64,000 bases of DNA from an uncultured Bulleidia sp. (GTDB taxonomy: Bacteria > Bacillota_I > Bacilli_A > Erysipelotrichales > Erysipelotrichaceae). Where the stretch lies: NCBI GenBank assembly GCA_947087645.1, contig CAMUDN010000003.1, positions 89,956 through 153,955 on the forward strand. The letters run 5' to 3'. Both the position numbers and the translations under genes were made by a program. Within the stretch, counting starts at the first letter, position 1. Every line of letters begins with the position of its first letter. This document shows, in pieces, positions 58,990 to 64,000 of the stretch. A model generated the notes under the pieces. The model saw only the letters and a program-made list of their open reading frames with translations, ran no database searches and was not told the DNA's origin.

Positions 58990-60186
58990 ATGACAAAAGT
59001 AATTTCAGTTAATTCCGGTTCATCATCTTTAAAATTTCAGCTATTTGACATGCCTTGTGAAAAAGTAATTGCTTCTGGTATTGTTGAAAGAATTGGTCAA
59101 AAATGGGGTTCTTTTACGATTAAATTTAATGATCGTAAAGAAACTAGTGAAGCTGCTTTTCCCAATCATAAAGTGGCTGTTGATGTTTTATTAAAAGCTT
59201 TAGTTGATTATCAAATTGTAAAAAATCTAGATGAAATAAAAGGTGCTGGTCATCGCATTGTACAAGGTGGTTCATATTATAATCAATCAGTTGTAGCTGA
59301 TGAAGAAGTAGTTAAGCATGTTGAAGAATTAAGTGTCTTAGCTCCTTTACATAATCCAGCTCATCTTGTTTGTTATAAAGCTTTTTGTGAAGCTTTACCA
59401 AAAATTGGTCATGTTTTTGTGTTTGATACTGCTTTTCATCAAACAATGACAGCCGAAAGTTATATGTTTGCAACACCATATGAATGGTATGAAAAGTATA
59501 AGATTCGTCGTTATGGAGCACATGGTACATCTCATCAATATGTTAATCTACGAACAGCCGAATTAATGGCTAAAGATGTTCATAAATTAAATATGATTAC
59601 ATGTCATTTAGGTAATGGTGCTTCAATTACAGCTATTCGTAATGGTAAAGTAATTAATACTTCGATGGGTTTAACGCCACTAGGTGGTATTATGATGGGT
59701 ACACGTTGCGGAGATTTAGATCCATCGGTAGTCTTCTATATGGCTAAACAATTAAATTGTACACCTGATGAAATGGATGTTTATTTAAATAAAAAGTCAG
59801 GTATGCTAGGTGTTTCAGGTATTAGTTCTGATGCTCGTGATATTCAAGCAGCTATTGAAGCTGGTAATAAACGTGCTCAATTAACAGTTGATATTTATAC
59901 TAATCGGGTTGTTAATGTTGTTGGTGGTTATTACATGCAATTAGGTCATGTTGATGCTATTTCTTTTACAGCTGGTCTTGGTGAAAATGATGTTTTTACA
60001 CGGGAAAGAATTTTAAAGGGTTTAGAAGAAGGACTAGGTTTATCTATTGATTATGAATTGAATCGTAAGATACATGGTAAAGAATGCTTAATTTCTAAGC
60101 CTGATTCAAAAGTTCAGGTTTATGTAGTACCAACTAATGAAGAATTGGTTATTGCCCGTGATATTATGCGTTTGTTAAAATTATGA
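58990..60186 (+). CDS. ackA: acetate kinase (start moved to ATG 58990 after GGAGGG RBS)
   Basis: MTKVISVNSGSSSLKFQLF… canonical AckA N-terminus and ASKHA fold motifs. Confidence 0.93.
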   Translation: MTKVISVNSGSSSLKFQLFDMPCEKVIASGIVERIGQKWGSFTIKFNDRKETSEAAFPNHKVAVDVLLKALVDYQIVKNLDEIKGAGHRIVQGGSYYNQSVVADEEVVKHVEELSVLAPLHNPAHLVCYKAFCEALPKIGHVFVFDTAFHQTMTAESYMFATPYEWYEKYKIRRYGAHGTSHQYVNLRTAELMAKDVHKLNMITCHLGNGASITAIRNGKVINTSMGLTPLGGIMMGTRCGDLDPSVVFYMAKQLNCTPDEMDVYLNKKSGMLGVSGISSDARDIQAAIEAGNKRAQLTVDIYTNRVVNVVGGYYMQLGHVDAISFTAGLGENDVFTRERILKGLEEGLGLSIDYELNRKIHGKECLISKPDSKVQVYVVPTNEELVIARDIMRLLKL

Positions 60187-61142
60187 ACTCATTTTATTTA
60201 GATCAGTCAAAGGTATTTCTTCAAACAATTCAAGCATTTGAAGTAATTTGTATCTTTCGCCATGAACATCCTGATTGTGATGCATTAGGTGCTCAATGTG
60301 GTCTTTTAACGTGGTTAAAAACTTATTTTCCTAATAAGAAAATATATGCTTTGGGTAATGAAAATAGTAACCAGTTTGATTTTCCACAAATGGATAAAGT
60401 AAGTGATGATGTTTTACAAAATGCTTTAGCAATTATTCTTGATACAGCTAATTTAGAAAGAGTAGATGATCAACGTTATGCATTAGCTAAGCATATTATG
60501 AAGATAGATCATCATATAATAACTGATGATTATGGTGATACAAAGATTGTCTTAGAAGGTTGTGCCGCAACTTGTCAAATTCTTACTCTTTTGATTCACA
60601 AATTAGTAAAATATCCGCTAAATAAAACAATAGCCCAGTATTTTTATGCTGGCTTAGTTACTGATTGTTTAAATTTTAGTGCTAATTATACCAATGATGA
60701 GTCATTATTAGCAGGTAGTTATCTTGTGGGATGTGGCTTAGAAGTAGCTAAAATACAACAACGATTATTTGATCAAGACTTACATGATATTCAGTTTAAG
60801 ATATATCTTTTAAGTCATATGCAAATTTTTAAGGAACATATTGCATATGTTATTTTAGAACATGATGATTTAGTTAGGTGGTCACTTTCGGCGTCGGAAG
60901 CAAGATCACGTGTAAATACGTTGTCAGGTATTAAAGAATTTGCAATATGGGTACTATTCACGTATGATATAGAGACAAGTAGTTATGCAGCAAGTATTAG
61001 ATCCAAACAAATTGCTATCAATGAAGTAGCTAATCATTACCATGGTGGTGGGCATAAAAATGCTTGTGGAGTAAAAGGCTTATCTTTAGAAGACGTGCAA
61101 AATATATTAAATGATTTAGCAAAATTATTATCGAACTTTTAA
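60183..61142 (+). CDS. nrnA: DHH/DHHA1 phosphoesterase NrnA-like (nanoRNase / pAp phosphatase)
   Basis: DHH motif (KIDHHI), DHHA1 GGGH motif (HYHGGGHKNACG). Confidence 0.85.
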   Translation: MNSFYLDQSKVFLQTIQAFEVICIFRHEHPDCDALGAQCGLLTWLKTYFPNKKIYALGNENSNQFDFPQMDKVSDDVLQNALAIILDTANLERVDDQRYALAKHIMKIDHHIITDDYGDTKIVLEGCAATCQILTLLIHKLVKYPLNKTIAQYFYAGLVTDCLNFSANYTNDESLLAGSYLVGCGLEVAKIQQRLFDQDLHDIQFKIYLLSHMQIFKEHIAYVILEHDDLVRWSLSASEARSRVNTLSGIKEFAIWVLFTYDIETSSYAASIRSKQIAINEVANHYHGGGHKNACGVKGLSLEDVQNILNDLAKLLSNF

Positions 61143-61205
61143 GGATTAAAATATGACCGTTGGTCATATTTTTGCTTTTTATTGCTGGAAAGTAAGAGGT
61201 CAAAT

Positions 61206-62447
61206 ATGACATTTAAAGAATTAAATTTAATCCAACCGTTATTGGATTCATTAACTAAAGCTGGCTATGAAAAGCCAAGTCCTATTCAAGAAAAAGCAAT
61301 TCCTATTTTGCTTAATCATGATGATTTAGTTGCTTGTGCACAAACAGGAACAGGCAAGACGGCAGCTTTTTCATTACCTATTTTGCAGTTACTAAAAAAA
61401 GAAAAAGAAGCAAAGTTAAGATCTTTAATTCTTAGTCCTACGCGTGAATTGGCTAGTCAAATATTTAATAATATCAAAAAATATGGTCGTTATTTAAAAC
61501 TACGTGTTTGTTGTATTTATGGTGGTGTACCAAGTGGTCCACAATTAAAAGCTTTAAAACAAGGATGTGATATTTTGGTTGCTACTCCTGGAAGATTAAT
61601 TGACTATCTTAATCATGCCAAAATAATGCTGGACGATATTGAAATATTTATTTTAGATGAAGCCGATCGGATGTTAGATATGGGCTTTATCAATGATGTT
61701 TATAGAATCATTAAAGAATTACCACATAAACGACAAACAGCTTTATTTTCAGCAACAATGCCTAAAGAAATATGTCAATTGGCTATGAATATTCTTCATA
61801 ATCCCAAAGAAATTCATATTGCTAAGCAAAAAATAACAACTGATTCAGTTAAGCAATCTTTAATTTTTTGTCGTAAAGCAGATAAGAAAAAAATTTTGAT
61901 AGCATATTTAAAAGCCGATAAAATTAAAAAAGGAGTTATTTTTACTCGTACTAAAATAGGAGCAGAACGATTAGCTAAATATTTAAGTTTGGAAAATATT
62001 ACATCTTTAGTAATTCATGGTGATAAAACACAAGGTCAAAGAATGAATGCTATGCAACGCTTTCGTACTAATCAAATACCTTTTTTAATTGCTACAGATA
62101 TTGTTGCAAGAGGAATTGATATTCAAGATATTAGTCATGTAATTAATTATGATTTGCCAGAAGATATTGAAAATTATGTTCATCGAATTGGACGCACAGG
62201 TCGTGCTAAAAAGAAAGGTCAAGCTATTTCTTTAGTTTGCACTGAAGAATTAAGTTTATTATCACGTATTGAAGAACTTATTCATTATCAGATACCAAAA
62301 TTAGCAAATGAATATGCTATTGATTTAAAGCGTTATCAGAAAACAAAATATGCAACTAAATCAAAACGACCAATTAAAATTAACAAGGATAAAAGAAAAT
62401 CACTTAATTCTTCATTAAGACCTCAAAAGGGTATTAAACGAAGATAA
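61206..62447 (+). CDS. DEAD-box ATP-dependent RNA helicase (second copy; start at ATG 61206 after AAGAGG RBS)
   Basis: Q-motif, AQTGTGKT, PTRELA, DEAD, SAT, HRIGRTGRAG. Confidence 0.9.
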   Translation: MTFKELNLIQPLLDSLTKAGYEKPSPIQEKAIPILLNHDDLVACAQTGTGKTAAFSLPILQLLKKEKEAKLRSLILSPTRELASQIFNNIKKYGRYLKLRVCCIYGGVPSGPQLKALKQGCDILVATPGRLIDYLNHAKIMLDDIEIFILDEADRMLDMGFINDVYRIIKELPHKRQTALFSATMPKEICQLAMNILHNPKEIHIAKQKITTDSVKQSLIFCRKADKKKILIAYLKADKIKKGVIFTRTKIGAERLAKYLSLENITSLVIHGDKTQGQRMNAMQRFRTNQIPFLIATDIVARGIDIQDISHVINYDLPEDIENYVHRIGRTGRAKKKGQAISLVCTEELSLLSRIEELIHYQIPKLANEYAIDLKRYQKTKYATKSKRPIKINKDKRKSLNSSLRPQKGIKRR

Positions 62448-62502
62448 ATATTTACATATTAATTAGCTAACGATAGATGCGTATAAGAAAGAGGTTGATG
62501 TA

Positions 62503-62811
62503 ATGATTCATCATATTATTATATTTAAATTTAAAGCAAATATGAGTTATATCGAAAAAGAAAATATTGTTCATTTATTTGATGGATTATTGTCATTAGA
62601 TGTTATTTATGAAGGAGAAGTTTATCTCAATGATCAAAAAGCAGATCAAAATAATGATGATCTTTATTTTCATTTTGTTTTTAAAACGTGGTCTGACTTA
62701 AATAGTTATCAAAATCATCCTGATCATTTAGCATTAAAGCAAAGATTGAAAAATAATATCTTGCATCGTTCGTGTATTGATTATGAAGATTTTAATAGCG
62801 AGGTAGTATAA
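62503..62811 (+). CDS. Dabb-family stress-responsive dimeric alpha/beta-barrel protein
   Basis: MIHHIIIFKFK… pattern typical of Dabb; 102 aa. Confidence 0.65.
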   Translation: MIHHIIIFKFKANMSYIEKENIVHLFDGLLSLDVIYEGEVYLNDQKADQNNDDLYFHFVFKTWSDLNSYQNHPDHLALKQRLKNNILHRSCIDYEDFNSEVV

Positions 62812-63494
62812 TGAAAATCATAGTTGATCAAAGTATGCAAACACTTGGTATTCAAGATGTTGTTATTGCAATAGCAAGAAATGTTGATCCAAGTGCAACA
62901 CTGTCAGCTTCTTTTCAAAATAAACAAAAACAAGTAGAGAAATGGGCAATGAGTGTTTCATTAGATGAAGTTAGTAAGCATCCATATATACAGGGATATA
63001 TGGAAATGATGCAGAAAGTTGGACGAAGTATTAAAAAAAATCCACCTACTATTTTAAGCTTTATTCGAAATATTCAGCATCGTGGTTGTTTACCAAAAGT
63101 AAATACAATTGTTGATATTTATAATGTTGAAAGTTTAATTTCGTTTATTGCTATTGGTGGTCATGATTTAGATAAAATTAAAGAGCCACTAATCTTTAGT
63201 ATTAGTCAAAAAGAGGATATTTTTTATCCTATTCTTTCAACAAGTAAGCATGTTGCTGAAAGTGATTATATTTATAAAGATAGAAATGGTATTTTAGCTT
63301 GGCTAGGTGTTCGTGATGGCGAAAATTATAAGTTTGATGAGCATACTAAAAATGCTATTTTTATTCTTCAAGGTAATGCCAATATTAGTGTTGAAGCAAG
63401 GGTTAATGCTTTAAAAAGAATAGAAAATGATTTAAAAGAATGTATGCCAAATTTAGTTTTTGATATGCAGATTATACATGTTAAGACAAATTAA
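62811..63494 (+). CDS. B3/4-domain-containing protein (tRNA-binding-like)
   Basis: Weak recollection of PheT B3/4-like pattern; 227 aa. Confidence 0.45.
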   Translation: MKIIVDQSMQTLGIQDVVIAIARNVDPSATLSASFQNKQKQVEKWAMSVSLDEVSKHPYIQGYMEMMQKVGRSIKKNPPTILSFIRNIQHRGCLPKVNTIVDIYNVESLISFIAIGGHDLDKIKEPLIFSISQKEDIFYPILSTSKHVAESDYIYKDRNGILAWLGVRDGENYKFDEHTKNAIFILQGNANISVEARVNALKRIENDLKECMPNLVFDMQIIHVKTN

Positions 63495-63516
63495 TTAGGA
63501 TTAGAAAGGCAATTTA

Positions 63517-64000
63517 ATGTTTAAAAAAGTTATTCAAAAGGATTTAATGATAGAAACCATAAAATTAGCGTGGCCAGCTGTTTTAGAAGCGTTCTTTGTA
63601 GCTATTGCTGGGATGATTGATACTGTTATGGTATCATCTTTAGGTCCTTATGCGGTTGCTGCAACGGGTTTAACGATTCAACCAAAATTTATTTCACTGG
63701 CTTTCTTTTTTGCAATTAATATTGCCGTAAGTGCTTTAGTTGCTAGAAGAAATGGTGAGGGTGATAAGAAAAGTGCTAATGAAGTATTTGTAACAGCATG
63801 TGTTATATCTTTTATTATCTGTTTCATTTTAAGTTTTATTTCATATTGGCAAGCAGATCAAATTGTTCATTGGTGTGGTTCAAATACTGATACTCATGAA
63901 ACAGCTATGATTTATTTTAAAGTAATTCAAGTAGGAATGTTTTTTAATGTATTACAAATGATTATTAATGCAGCACAAAGAGGAGCTGGTAATACACGCA
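63517..64000 (+). CDS. MATE-family efflux transporter (N-terminal part; continues beyond window)
   Basis: …LAWPAVLEAFFVAIAGMIDTVMVSSLGPYAVAATGL… typical MATE N-terminus; ORF open to window end. Confidence 0.75.
   Translation, partial: MFKKVIQKDLMIETIKLAWPAVLEAFFVAIAGMIDTVMVSSLGPYAVAATGLTIQPKFISLAFFFAINIAVSALVARRNGEGDKKSANEVFVTACVISFIICFILSFISYWQADQIVHWCGSNTDTHETAMIYFKVIQVGMFFNVLQMIINAAQRGAGNTR

Noticed and set aside
1-64000. Possibility of TGA-recoding (Mollicutes code 4)
   Set aside because: All conserved genes terminate at canonical positions including TGA stops (e.g. tyrS, holA). Trp is encoded by TGG throughout. Standard code 11.
1-64000. CRISPR arrays, restriction-modification, toxin-antitoxin or other defence islands
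   Set aside because: No regularly spaced direct repeats and no nuclease/ATPase/MTase-REase pairs outside housekeeping contexts. The only NPPY methyltransferase (17243-17938) is small, embedded in a housekeeping operon and fits TrmN6 best.

Overview
This is a 64-kb AT-rich (~30% GC) chromosomal segment using the standard code (TGA is a stop; Trp is TGG). Gene content and order suggest a cell-walled low-GC Firmicute, possibly Erysipelotrichia-like, not a Mycoplasma. The window opens inside the 3' end of an IS30-family transposase gene (bases 1-195); the rest is tightly packed, largely operonic core housekeeping. There are five aminoacyl-tRNA synthetases: tyrS, leuS, gltX (- strand), trpS (- strand) and alaS; leuS and alaS have T-box leaders. 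There is a tRNA-Gln(CUG) and replication/segregation genes (dnaE, holA, recD2, smc, ftsY-ylxM). A conserved Firmicute block is present: alaS-ireB-ruvX-DUF1292-mltG-nudix-udk-greA-comEA-comEC-holA. There is a fused U32 (TrhP-like) protein, two DEAD-box helicases, an OmpR/HK two-component system and a heterodimeric ABC exporter. A PRD-regulated fructose-like PTS (EIIA/B/C) with a KDPG-aldolase-family gene is present, as is an SGNH+MBOAT (PatB/PatA-like) surface-polymer acylation pair. Several housekeeping tRNA/rRNA modification genes are present (rsuA, trmL, mnmA, TrmN6-like). I see no CRISPR array, restriction-modification system, toxin-antitoxin pair or recognisable defence island. The most unusual items are the Eda+PTS module, a ComEC lacking its metallo-beta-lactamase domain, a LeuS with a divergent KMSKS loop, a short SMC, an overlapping dnaE-TCS-methyltransferase-unknown operon and the IS30 remnant at the window edge. 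All calls rest on motif/synteny recognition by eye; none has been checked against a database.
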